Below, one piece after another: positions 1 through 9,458 of a stretch of 64,000 nt of DNA. Each line of letters begins with the position of its first letter. Positions within the stretch are counted from its first letter, which is position 1. Position numbers and translations under genes: made by a program. This DNA is from Myxococcota bacterium. GTDB lineage: Bacteria; Myxococcota_A; UBA9042; PHBI01; JAWLBL01. Where the stretch lies: NCBI GenBank assembly GCA_041687695.1, contig JAWLBL010000037.1, forward strand, positions 1 through 64,000, read 5' to 3'. The notes below the pieces were generated by a model. It searched no databases. It had not been told where the DNA came from and worked only from the letters and a program-made list of their open reading frames with translations.

Positions 1-119
1 GTGCGGTTTCCCACACTGACCACAGCTCCGACGACGACTAGGCGTAGGTCCCCTTCGAACGGAACTCCGGCTCATACACCACTTGACAGGACGCTACTCC
101 TACTTCGCGTGGTCGCGAC

Positions 120-458
120 GTGCTGACGCTCACGCCTTCAGTGCGCGTCTTCGTGGCTGCGGAGCCGGTGGACATGCGGGGCTCGTTCGACGCGCTCGCC
201 GGGGCGGTCCGGCGCCTCGCGCTCGACCCGCTCGACGGGCATCTGTACGTCTTCATCAACCGACGAAGGCAGATGGCCAAGGTCCTGTGGTTCGACGGCT
301 CGGGTTGGTGCGTGCTCGCCAAGCGGCTCGAGCGTGGCACGTTCCAGCTTCCGGCGATTCCAGTGGGGGCTCGGCAGGTGCGCGTCGACGCGGCCACGCT
401 GGCGTCGCTGCTCGCCGGCATCGACTTCACGGCCTCGCGCGTGTCAACGTCCGCGTAA
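120..458 (+). pseudogene. tnpB: IS66 family accessory protein TnpB (Orf2); last codons replaced by the IS21 end at 442
   Basis: Motifs PVDMRGSFDAL, GHLYVFINRRR, KVLWFDGSG, KRLERGTF and LASLLAGID are typical of IS66 TnpB. No tnpA is visible upstream. Confidence 0.9.
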
Positions 459-557
459 CGGACCACACGCCAGATCGCCTCAACGGACCACTCCATGGAC
501 ACCCGGGGGATCCCGGCCTCGGAGCCGCGAGTCCAGTTCGCCTCAACGGACCACTTG
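457..557. repeat. IS21 subterminal repeats, istB-side end
   Basis: Core aacggaccac at about 457, 482 and 545; the reverse complement of the repeats at the other end. Confidence 0.8.
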
Positions 558-559
558 CT

Positions 560-1301
560 TCAGCTCGCGCGCTTGGCGGTCCGGTATGAGTCGCCCTCGA
601 GGACCAGGACGTGGCTGTGGTGCAGCAGGCGTTCCATGGCGGCAGAGGCGAGGAGGGCGTCGCCGAAGAGCGGGTACCACTCGGGGACGTCGCTGTTGGA
701 GGTGATGATGGTCGACGTGCGCTCGTAGCGCTGTCGGACGACCTCGTAGAGGTCCATGGGCTCGTCGAACTTCAGGGGGCGCCAGCCGAGGTCGTGGACG
801 ATGAGCAGGCGCGGCGAGGTGAAGCGAGCGAGCTTCCGGTCGTAGGTTCCGTCGGCGCGGGCGGCGCGGAGCGTCGTGAAGAGCTCGTGGGCCGAGACGT
901 AGAGGGTGCTGTGGCCGAGGCGGCAGGCGCGGTGGCCGATGGCCTGGGCGAGGTGCGACTTGCCGACGCCGCTCGGGCCGACGAGCAGGACGTTGGTGTG
1001 GGTGTCCATGAAGCGGCAGGTGCCGAGGTCGAGGAGGTTGGCCTTGGGTAGCTTGGTGGTGAAGGACAAGTCGAAGTCTTCCAGGGACTTGCAGTGCTCG
1101 AGCGAGGCGCGGCTGAGGCGCTGGTGCAGTTGCTTGCCTTCGCGGCGTTCGACCTCGTCGACGAGCAAGCAGGCGGTAGAGGAACTCGAGGTGGCCGAGA
1201 TCCCCTTCGGTGGCTTGTCGGAGGCGCTGGTCGAGGCTCTCGAGGACGCCTGAGAGGCGGAGCTTCTCGAGGCTCGTCGTGAGGTCTTCAGTGAGGTTCG
1301 T
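560..1301 (-). pseudogene. istB: IS21 helper ATPase IstB, frameshifted
   Basis: Walker A GPSGVGKS, LIVHDLG (expected DDLG) and LEGDSYR C-terminus. The N-terminus (NLTEDLTTSLEKLRLSGV...) is in another frame, joined across a 4-bp duplication agcaagca at 1164-1171. The expected start reads ACG at 1301. Confidence 0.88.
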
Positions 1302-2892
1302 CGGCGGTCTCCAGAGATGAGGCCAACAGCTCGGCGGTTGTGCGCGCTAACCGGGGCCGGTCGAGCTGACCTAGGTCGGGGACGACCGCGGCCGGCAGGG
1401 GCTCGAGGTCCTTGGCGGACAGGAGGATGCGCTTCACGCCCTGGTAGCTGTAGTTGCTGTAGAAGCTGGCGCGGCGGCAGGCGCCTTGGGCGCGGTCGAG
1501 CGGGTAGGTTTCGAGGTGCTCGACGATGGCCTGGATGTCGCGCAGCTTGCTGAGGACGTCGTCGGACTCGAGGACCTCGTTGACGTAGTCGACGACCGGC
1601 TGGCCCATGAGGGCGGCGCGCTCGACCCAGTAGGACACGGAGCGGTAGGTCAGGTCGCGGCGGTGCTCGGGAAGGTGCGACTCGCACGTGCTGCGGCGCC
1701 CCTCAGCGCGCCTTTCGTGCGTCGCGATGCGGGCGTCCTCGAGCAGGATGTAGACGCTCGACGGCGAGGCGCGCACCCACACCTTCCGGCCCACCGTGCG
1801 CCATGGCACCGAGTAGAGGCGGCCGTCGAACTCGACGTGGCTGTCGGGGTGGACGGTCGCCTGCTTCCACACGATGGGCTCGTAGGTCACGGTCGGCAGC
1901 GGCAGAACGGCCGGTCGCTTGTCACGGAAGGCGTCGACAGGCCGTCGGCCGGTCTCCCGATGGACCCGCACGGACGCCGTCTTATCGCACCAGACGGCGA
2001 GGTCCTCGTTGGCCTCATCCAGCGTCTCGGCCGCACTCGTCGGCAGCCAGTTCCCCGTGATGTACTTCACCGCGGACGCGACCTTGCCTTTCTTCTCGGG
2101 GCTGTAGGTCGGCGTCGGATCCACCTTGAAGCCGTAGTGCCGTGCGAGCTCGCGGTAGGTGCGGTTCAGCTCGACCTCGTGCCGGTCACCAGCCCCGAAC
2201 GCGCCCTTGACGACGGCCGACTTCAGGTTGTCGGGAACGACCACTCGTGGCACACCACCGAACTACTCGAAGGCCGCGACGTGCGGCTCGAGCCAGGTCG
2301 TGACCTTCTGGTCGAACACGATGCAGGCGAACAGGTGTCGACTGCGGCCCAGCACCATCACGAACACCCACGCGCGGCGTACCTTGCCGGTCACCGGGTC
2401 GAACAAGCGGCTCACCTCGCCGAAGTCGACCTGCGCGACCTCGCCCGGCGCGGTCTCGATCGGGATGACGACGTCCTCGGGCTGGACGCCTCGCTCCCGT
2501 TTGACCCGCAGCACCGCCCGCTTGACGGCCGAGAGGCTGGCCTTGAACTCGTCGGGCTTGTCGCGCCTCAGCTTGTCCCACAGGGCCTGCGGCTCGAGAC
2601 CCTTGCCCACCGCCGCCCGGATGTCGTCCATCCAGTCGTCGACGGAGGTAGCTACGGGCCGAGGCGCTGCCGGCGGCTTCTGGCGCTCGACCGCCGACCG
2701 CAGCACGGCTAGCTCCGGCAGCTCGTCGGGCGCGCCCTCCAGCAGCCCGGCCGCCGCAATCGCCTCACGGTACTCGCGCTCGGTACGCGTGCTCATCCCG
2801 AGCAACTGCGCCCGCTTACGTACACTGGTGCCTAGCCGGTGCAGCCGTACCAGCTCCTGCAATCGATGCATATCCGCCCTCGGGGCTGCCAT
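1288..2892 (-). pseudogene. istA: IS21 transposase IstA with an in-frame stop
   Basis: ORFs 2263-2892 and 1288-2253 share a frame, separated by TAG at 2263-2265 (AAFE*FGGVPRVVVPDNLK). Motifs AQVDFG, PDNLK, KGKVASAV (catalytic Glu appears replaced by Ala) and YSVP. Confidence 0.9.
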
Positions 2893-2964
2893 GACCTGAC
2901 CTCCTCGTCACCGGTCCTTCCCGGCGCCGAGAATGCACGTCATCGCCTCGCCCGCTCCCGCAAC

Positions 2965-3047
2965 GTGGTCCGTTGACCCGAACTGGGTGTGGTCCGTTGA
3001 GCCGAACTGAGTGTGGTCCGTTGAACCGAACTCAGGTGTGGTTCATA
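2965..3047. repeat. IS21 subterminal tandem repeats (about 24-bp period), istA-side end
   Basis: gtggtccgttgaNccgaact at 2965, 2989 and 3013, plus a degenerate copy at 3038. No unique spacers. Confidence 0.88.
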
Positions 3048-3079
3048 GCGCGGTCTGCACCAGGCCAAGGAGGGCGCCG

Positions 3080-3720
3080 ATGCGTGACGACCTCGAGCGG
3101 CGCCTTCGCGCCACCGGCCTGCTCGGGCTGGCCTCGCGTGTCGACGAGATCCACGGCGAGCCGTGGCTCGAGCGCGTCATCACCATCGAGACCGAGGAGC
3201 GCCAGCGCCGCGGATTCGACAGCCGCCTCGAGAGCAGCCGGCTTGGCCGCTTCAAGCCGATGACCGACTACGACCGGTCCTGGCCGCGCGTCGTCGCCCG
3301 CCCGGGCCTCGACGCCGTCTTCCAGCTCGGATTCGTCAAAGAGGGAGCCAACGTCCTCCTCATCGGACCCAGTGGCGTCGGCAAGACGATGGTCGCAAAG
3401 AACCTCGCCTACGCGGTCATTCGCTGCGGCCGCACGGCGCTTCAGACCGCGAGCGCCATGCTGAGCGAACTGGCCGCTCAGGAAGGCCTCGCGGCCCTCT
3501 CCCGAGAGTACCAACGGTTCACCAGCCCAGCGCTGCTCGTCATCGACGAACTCGGCTACGCCGCCTACGTCAACCGCCACGCCGACGTCCTCTTCGAGGT
3601 CGTCAACCGGCGCCACGAGCTCGGCCGCAGCATCGTCGTCACGACCACCCGCTCCTTCCAGGAGTGGGGCGAGCTCTTCCCGAACGCCACCTGCGTCGCC
3701 CCCTCGTCGACCGTGAGCCG
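3080..3720 (+). pseudogene. istB: Second IstB-like ATPase, truncated
   Basis: ATG at 3080 after ggagg. Motifs GPSGVGKT, LLVIDELGY, SIVVTT and FQEWGELFPN. Frameshift near 3700 (LVDR appears in another frame), then similarity ends. No cognate istA. Confidence 0.8.
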
Positions 3721-3760
3721 CAGCGGGTCACCTGCAGCGCCCGGTGACCCGCCGCGCCCA

Positions 3761-3837
3761 CTCGCCGGCCTGGTCGGTGCCCTCGTGCGTTGCTCGCCGG
3801 CCAGGCCGGTGACCCCGGGCGCTACTCGCCGGCCAGG
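3761..3837. repeat. Three 13-bp direct repeats at exact 32-bp spacing, probably the end repeats of the second IS21-like element
   Basis: ctcgccggcc(t/a)gg at 3761, 3793 and 3825. Confidence 0.55.
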
Positions 3838-3938
3838 ATGGTAACCTCCTGTGCCACTCACCAGGCACGACAGCGGCACACGCGCAACTCGCCGTTCCAA
3901 CCTGCTTTTCGAGCGCCGCCAACACTCGCCGTCTTGCA

Positions 3939-4046
3939 GACCATCTGTGCGACGTCCTGGTCCGTAGACAGACACACCCGGCCAGTCGCCTCGAGGAGCT
4001 CTTGCCGATGAACTGGAAGGCGCCCGAAGCAACGGTGGTCGGCTGA
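3939..4046 (+). pseudogene. tnpC: IS66 transposase TnpC C-terminal remnant (not in the ORF track)
   Basis: Manual translation DHLCDVLVRRQTHPASRLEELLPMNWKAPEATVVG* matches the IS66 C-terminal pattern YLxDVLxR...HPxxRxxELLPxNW. Confidence 0.78.
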
Positions 4047-4079
4047 ACCCATGGCGCGCCGGCGCTCTGGCATGACGGG

Positions 4080-4703
4080 TCAGCGGAAGCCGAAGGTGAG
4101 GAGGAGGGCCGCCGTGAAGAGGTCGTGGTCGACGTCTTCGTCCTCGAGCGAGGCCCCGAGGAGGCGGCCCGTGAGGCCGAGGGTCCAGTCGCGGGAGAGG
4201 CGCCAGTCGTGGGTGAGGGAGAGGCTCAGGGCGCCACCGGTGGGCGCGTGGTCGGAGACGTCGCCGTCGGAGTCGGTGATGCTGAGGCGGGCCCCTCCGA
4301 CGGTGGCCAGCAGCTCCCAGGGGCCGGTGGGGGCGGGTCGGAACCCGACGGCGAAGCCGAAGTGGGCGAGGGCGCCGACCTCGACGCTGCCCGACACGTC
4401 GACGCCGTGGTTGTCGACGTCGGGATCGACGGCCGAGTCGACCAGGAGGGCCGCGCCGAGGCTCCAGCGGGGCGCGATCGACCAACCGGCGTGGAGGTGG
4501 AAGGCGAGGGTTCCCCCGCTGGCCTCACCGTCGAGGATACGGAACGGGCCGATGAACTCGTCCCGGAGGTAACCGAAGCCCAGGCCGGCGCGGAAGACGA
4601 AGCCGGCGGGGTCGGCGGGGGGAGGGCGGCGGCGTGGGCGCGCCTGCAGGGAAGCCGGGACGATCAGGACGAGCAGGGCGACCGTGGTTCCCAGGGTTCG
4701 CAT
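4080..4703 (-). CDS. Small outer-membrane beta-barrel protein (putative)
   Basis: Signal peptide (..ASLQA), about 8 amphipathic strands with alternating hydrophobic residues, C-terminal LLLTFGFR. Confidence 0.65.
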   Translation of the reverse strand: MRTLGTTVALLVLIVPASLQARPRRRPPPADPAGFVFRAGLGFGYLRDEFIGPFRILDGEASGGTLAFHLHAGWSIAPRWSLGAALLVDSAVDPDVDNHGVDVSGSVEVGALAHFGFAVGFRPAPTGPWELLATVGGARLSITDSDGDVSDHAPTGGALSLSLTHDWRLSRDWTLGLTGRLLGASLEDEDVDHDLFTAALLLTFGFR

Positions 4704-4782
4704 GGCGGTGAGTCTCCTGAGCGGGCCCTCAGGCTAGCGGAGTTGCGCCACGGCGTCTGTTACACGCGATGATGACAGGGCG

Positions 4783-6285
4783 CTACGGGGTGGCCGGGGA
4801 CCGTTTGGGCGCTGGCGCGGCCCAGAGCTCGACGAGGCGGGCGTCGGTGCTCGCGCGGCGCGCGCGCGCGCTGGCCCACTCCCGGAGGCGCTTGATGGGC
4901 TCTTCGGCGGTGCGGAAGAGGGGCACGGTGGCCTTGGCGGCGAGGAGGAGGTCCTCGTCGAGCAGATCGCGACCCTTCTGAAAGGCGCGGTAGAGGGCGG
5001 CGATGACGACCTGCTCGAGCTCGGCGCCGCTGAAGTGCTCGCAGGCGGTCGCCAGCGGCTCGAGTTGGTGGCGGCTGGGATCGCGGCCGTGGGCGCGCAG
5101 GTGGATGGCGAGGATCTGGGCGCGCTCGTGGACGCTGGGGAGGTCGAAGAAGAAGATCTCGTCGAAGCGGCCCTTGCGGAGCAGCTCGGCCGGTAGGTGG
5201 TCGACCGTGTTGGCCGTGGCGACGACGAAGACCGAGGAGGTCTTCTCCTGCAGCCAGGTGATGAAGGCCGCGAAGATGCGGCTGAGGGCGTCGCTCGAGG
5301 CGTCGCCGATGTGCTGGAAGGCCTTGTCGATCTCGTCGATCCAGAGCACGACCGGCGCCAGGGCCTCGGCCAGGCGGATGACACGCCGGAGGTTCTGCTC
5401 GGGAGACTGGCCGAAGGTGAAGAGGGCGCCAAAGTCGAGCCGCGCGATGGGCAGATCCCAAAGGCGCGCGACCGCCTTGGCCGTCAGTGACTTGCCGCAG
5501 CCCTGGACGCCGACGAGGAGCAGGCCCTTGGGGACGGGGAGCCCGAACTCGCGCGCGCGATCGTCGAAGGCGGCGGCCCGGTCGACGAGCCACTCCTTGA
5601 GGTGGTCCAGGCCGCCGACGTCGCCGAGGTCCGGGGGCGTGTCCAGGAACTCGAGGAGGTCCGACTGGCGCAGGAGACGGCGCTTCTCCTGGACCAGCTC
5701 GGTGGCCTGGCGGGCCGGCTCGGCATCGGGCAGGGAGAGCACGCGCCGGAAGCCGCGCATGGCCGCCTGCGCGGTCAGGCCCTGGGCGGCGCGCACCAGG
5801 CGCGAGGCGTGATCTCGCTCCAGGGTGAGGCCGAGGCGCTCGGCCGTCCGAGCCAGGTGGTGGCGCAGCTCCACGGCGTCGGGCAGCGGCAGGTCGAGCA
5901 GGACGACGTCACCCTCTAGCTCGGTGGGCGGCTCGAAGGCGGCCGAGACGAAGACCACCGTCTGGCCACGGCGCTCGAGTTGGGCGCGGAGGTCACGCAG
6001 GGCGCGGCGTACCAGCGGGTCGTCGAGCCAGGCGTGGAAGTCGAGCAGGACGAAGAGGGCGCGATCGGCGTGGGCGCGAACACGCTCGATGACCGTCTCG
6101 GCCGTGGCGTCGGGCTCGTCGTGTCGGAGCCGCGGCAGGCTCCACACCTGGACGGCGTGTCCGGTGGTCTGGGCCACGGCGCGGAGGATCGCCAGTGCGC
6201 GATCCTCCTCGTGGGTCCGCAGGGCGACGAAGGGGTACGCGGCGCCGAGGTAGCTCGCCAGCTCGTGCTTGAGCGCCTCGAGCAT
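4783..6285 (-). CDS. AAA+ ATPase, Ycf46-like (degenerate N-terminal domain plus an active AAA domain)
   Basis: [11 protein letters not shown], Walker A GVQGCGKS, Walker [18 protein letters not shown]...[10 protein letters not shown], and FSGAELEQ. Confidence 0.88.
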   Translation of the reverse strand: MLEALKHELASYLGAAYPFVALRTHEEDRALAILRAVAQTTGHAVQVWSLPRLRHDEPDATAETVIERVRAHADRALFVLLDFHAWLDDPLVRRALRDLRAQLERRGQTVVFVSAAFEPPTELEGDVVLLDLPLPDAVELRHHLARTAERLGLTLERDHASRLVRAAQGLTAQAAMRGFRRVLSLPDAEPARQATELVQEKRRLLRQSDLLEFLDTPPDLGDVGGLDHLKEWLVDRAAAFDDRAREFGLPVPKGLLLVGVQGCGKSLTAKAVARLWDLPIARLDFGALFTFGQSPEQNLRRVIRLAEALAPVVLWIDEIDKAFQHIGDASSDALSRIFAAFITWLQEKTSSVFVVATANTVDHLPAELLRKGRFDEIFFFDLPSVHERAQILAIHLRAHGRDPSRHQLEPLATACEHFSGAELEQVVIAALYRAFQKGRDLLDEDLLLAAKATVPLFRTAEEPIKRLREWASARARRASTDARLVELWAAPAPKRSPATP

Positions 6286-6293
6286 GGCGCCGT

Positions 6294-7151
6294 CTAGAAG
6301 ACCTTCTTGATGCCGAGGCCGCCTGGCTTCTTGCCAGTTCGCCGGCCGGTCGCCTTGGGCTTGGGCTTGGCCTCTTCCTCGGCTTCCTTCGCGGCCTTGG
6401 CTGCGGCGTCGGCCTTCTTGCGCGCCTCCTCGGCGTCCTTGGCCAAAGCGGCGTTGCTCTTGGCCGCCTCTTCGAGCTTGGCGGCCAGCGCCTCGGCCTC
6501 GGCCTTGGCCTTGGCGGCGTCGGCGGCGGCCTTCTGCTTGGCCAGCTCGGCGCGCACCTCGGTGACCGCGACCTGCACGCGCGGGTTGATCTCGGGGACC
6601 GCGAAGCCCGGCGGCTGCGTGGCGTAGGCGTAGGCCCCGAAGCCGCCGCCACCGAGGATGACGGCGACCAGCGACGCGACCAGGGCGATCGGGAACTTCT
6701 TGGCCGGGGCGGCCTGGACCGGCACGGCGGCCGAGACCGGCTTTTCGACCTCGGGCTTGGGCGCGGCCGCAGCGCGGGCCTCGGCCTCCTCCTTCTCCTT
6801 GCGGGTCAGGGCCTCGTTGCGTCGGCGCGTCTCCTCGATGAGCTGCTGCTGGAGCTGCTCGCGCTTGCGGGCCTCCTCGCGCTGCTTGGCGAGGCGCTCC
6901 TCCTCGGCCTTGTCGTTGAGCTGCCGCTCGAGGTCCTCGCGCTCGCGCGCGACCTCTTTTTTGGCCTCGTTGAGCAGATCGGTGAGGAGGCTGCCGACCG
7001 CGGCCTTGGGCGCCGACGTGACCACGCCGTCGCTGCCGTCGTCGGTGCTCTCGCCGAGCCCGGACGTCGGCTGTGACGCGCGGGCCTCGCGCTCGTCCTC
7101 GAGCAGGTTGTTCAGGGTGCTCAGGGCTTCACTCTGCTTCCGATCGGACAT
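6294..7151 (-). CDS. Single-pass membrane protein with an N-terminal coiled coil and an Ala/Lys/Glu-rich (TolA-like composition) C-terminal helix
   Basis: Likely start MSDRKQ at 7151; E/R/Q-rich heptads; TM segment IALVASLVAVILGGGGFGAYAY. Stop lies 8 bp before the AAA gene start. Confidence 0.7.
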   Translation of the reverse strand: MSDRKQSEALSTLNNLLEDEREARASQPTSGLGESTDDGSDGVVTSAPKAAVGSLLTDLLNEAKKEVAREREDLERQLNDKAEEERLAKQREEARKREQLQQQLIEETRRRNEALTRKEKEEAEARAAAAPKPEVEKPVSAAVPVQAAPAKKFPIALVASLVAVILGGGGFGAYAYATQPPGFAVPEINPRVQVAVTEVRAELAKQKAAADAAKAKAEAEALAAKLEEAAKSNAALAKDAEEARKKADAAAKAAKEAEEEAKPKPKATGRRTGKKPGGLGIKKVF

Positions 7152-7337
7152 CGGCTTCCTCGTCGATACGGGCGTCGGCGTCAGGGAGCGGCCGCGCTGC
7201 TCTGCAAGGGCGCAACGCGGCAGCGGCCCGCCGCTCCCTCGTAGACCCAACGTCCAGCGGAGTTTACGTGCGCAGGGCCGAGGATCGCAAGGGACGCGCC
7301 AGCCTCGTAAGCGATCTGTTCGGGATCCGTGGAGGGT

Positions 7338-8831
7338 TCAGCTGTCGGCCTTGGACGCGACCCGGAGCGGGCGGGGGCGCGTGAACGCCAGCGACGTGTC
7401 GAAGTCGCGGGCGGCGGGCTCGGCCGTGACGTTGCCGTTGGCGACCGTGGTCGGCGCGTCGGCCGGAGCGTCGTCGCTCGGGCTGAGATCGTCGCTGGAC
7501 ACGCGGCTGAGGCGCACCTCGAGGACGCGGGTCGAGTCCGAGCTGAGGACCTCGAAGCGCCAGCCCTCCTGCTCGTGCATGAAACCCTGCTCGGGGACCG
7601 TGCCGCTGGCCTTCATCAGCAGGCCGTTGACGGTCTCGTAGTCCTCGTCTTCGGCGAACTCGACGCCGAGCTCGTTCTCGAGCTCGCTCATCGTGCAGAT
7701 GCCATCGACCAGCCAGGTGCCGTCGGGGAGCGTGTGGATGGACTCGTTGCCCAGGTCGTGCTCGTCGTAGATGGGGCCGAAGACCTCTTCGACGATGTCC
7801 TCGAGCGTGACGAGGCCCTCGACGCCGCCGTACTCGGAGGCGAGGATCACGATGTGGACGCGGTCGCGCTTCATCTCGATGAGGAGGCGCTGCAGGCCGA
7901 TGTTCGACGGGCGGATCATCGGCGGGCGCATGACGTCGGCGATGCTGACGGACACCGGCTCGGTGGCGGCGATGCGCTCGGCGACCGCGCTGAAGAGGTC
8001 CTTGATGTAGAGGACGCCGACCACCTTGTCGACCGAGCCCTCGTAGACCGGGTAGCGCGAGAACCCGCCCGAGGCGACCTGTCTGAAGGCGTCGTCGAGG
8101 CTGGTGTCGACCGAGATGGCCTGCATGTCGGTCCGGGGGACCATGATCTCTCGCGCGACCTTCTCGTCGAGCTCGAGCACGCCGGTGAGCAGGCGCGTCG
8201 CCTCGGGGGGGATGGAGCCGTCCTGGCGGCCGATGCGGACCAGCTCTTCGATGTCTTCCTCCGTCACGGTCGGGCCGTCCTGGATGCTCCCGCCGAGCCC
8301 CTGGACGACCCGGCTGGTCAAGCGGACCAGGACCATCGTGAACGGGTAGGTGACGACGTAGGTCAGGTGGATGACGGGGAGCGCCTTGAGGAAGCGCTCG
8401 GGGTGGTGCTTGGCGAAGGTCTTGGGGATGATCTCGCCCGCGATGAGCACCAGGAGGGTCATGCAGCCGACGGCGATGGGGATGCCCCAGCCGGCGTAGG
8501 CGCTGCCCTGCAGCATCTTCTCGGTGAAGGCGGTGGCGAGCGCGCTGCCGGTGATGTTGACGACGTTGTTGCCGACGAGCAGGGTCGCGAGGACGTCGTT
8601 GGGCCGATGGAGCCAGAGCTCCAGCATCTTCGGGGCCTTGTCGTCACCTTCGAGGCGCGAGCGGAGCTTGACCTCGCTGAGGCTGACGAGGGCGGTCTCC
8701 ATCCCCGAGAACACTGCGGAGAGGCCGACGAGGAAGAGGATGACGAAGGCCTCGGTGGTCGAAACGTCCAAAAGCGGTTGGTCCGGGGTGGGTGGGGTCG
8801 GACGGCGTTGCGCCGGGCCGTGCCGGCGCAT
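7338..8831 (-). CDS. HlyC/CorC (CNNM/CorB) family transporter: DUF21, CBS pair, CorC domain
   Basis: SAVFSGMETALVS, LLVGNNVVN, GEIIPKTFA, FSRYPVY, EYGGVEGLVTLEDIVEEVFG and YETVNG. The true start is probably nearer 8770. Confidence 0.92.
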   Translation of the reverse strand: MRRHGPAQRRPTPPTPDQPLLDVSTTEAFVILFLVGLSAVFSGMETALVSLSEVKLRSRLEGDDKAPKMLELWLHRPNDVLATLLVGNNVVNITGSALATAFTEKMLQGSAYAGWGIPIAVGCMTLLVLIAGEIIPKTFAKHHPERFLKALPVIHLTYVVTYPFTMVLVRLTSRVVQGLGGSIQDGPTVTEEDIEELVRIGRQDGSIPPEATRLLTGVLELDEKVAREIMVPRTDMQAISVDTSLDDAFRQVASGGFSRYPVYEGSVDKVVGVLYIKDLFSAVAERIAATEPVSVSIADVMRPPMIRPSNIGLQRLLIEMKRDRVHIVILASEYGGVEGLVTLEDIVEEVFGPIYDEHDLGNESIHTLPDGTWLVDGICTMSELENELGVEFAEDEDYETVNGLLMKASGTVPEQGFMHEQEGWRFEVLSSDSTRVLEVRLSRVSSDDLSPSDDAPADAPTTVANGNVTAEPAARDFDTSLAFTRPRPLRVASKADS

Positions 8832-8902
8832 AGTATCACGTCCAACTGTTCAGTGAGCAACCAAGATACAGCGGCAGCGCTCATCCTGCCAGGGAGCTTC
8901 AG

Positions 8903-9391
8903 ATGCTAGGCACCTCGCTACGTTGGCCAATGGCGGCGGTCGCTTTGTCGACGCTGGTCGCGCTCGGCGGCTGCGACTCGTTGGGCGGCGGCGGCAACAA
9001 GGTCGACGAGTGCCCGGCCATCGTGAAGGTCAACGACGGCATGGGCATCCACGGCGAGCTGTGCGAGACGAACGCCGACTGCGAGTACGGGCAGTGCGTG
9101 ACGTCGACCTCCATCACCGGCGGCGCGGTGAAGTTCTGCACCAAGAAGTGCCGGTGCGGCATCGGGTCGGAGTGCAACGACGATCCGTCCATCCGCGAGG
9201 GGCTCGAGGCCAAGTGCGTACGCATGCCGACCCAGGCGACGGGCGAGCCGCTCACGGGCGCCTTCTGCGTGCAGGAGTGCGTGAGCGTCTCGGACTGCAA
9301 GCTGCTCGACGAGGCCTACAACCGGTGCGACTTCCCGCAGTCGATCCACGGCTCGGTCGGCGCGCGCAAGGTGTGCCTCATCGTCCCCTGA
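8903..9391 (+). CDS. Cys-rich lipoprotein, function unknown
   Basis: Lipobox LVALGGC followed by many regularly spaced Cys. Confidence 0.75.
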   Translation: MLGTSLRWPMAAVALSTLVALGGCDSLGGGGNKVDECPAIVKVNDGMGIHGELCETNADCEYGQCVTSTSITGGAVKFCTKKCRCGIGSECNDDPSIREGLEAKCVRMPTQATGEPLTGAFCVQECVSVSDCKLLDEAYNRCDFPQSIHGSVGARKVCLIVP

Positions 9392-9458
9392 CGCGCGCAG
9401 CCGCCGCCCGGCCTGGAGCGGGGCGGCGGACCTGGACCTGGGGGCCGGCGGAGGTCGG

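Larger units (their letters stand above)
442..3062 (-). mobile_element. IS21-family insertion sequence, inactivated (istA-istB)
   Basis: Begins TG (442) and ends CA (3062). Imperfect 28-bp terminal IRs are tgtcaacgtccgcgtaacggaccacacg and ggtgtggttcatagcgcggtctgcacca. Multiple subterminal repeats and istA/istB lie inside. No target-site duplication seen. Confidence 0.85.

Noticed and set aside
1..119. IS66 left end and tnpA
   Set aside because: I could not identify a convincing GTAA-type terminal repeat pair or a TnpA-like frame.
2965..3047. 24-bp periodic repeats as a mini CRISPR array
   Set aside because: The units are contiguous with no unique spacers, are mirrored in inverted form at 457-557, and flank istA/istB. 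They are IS21 end repeats, and no cas genes are present.
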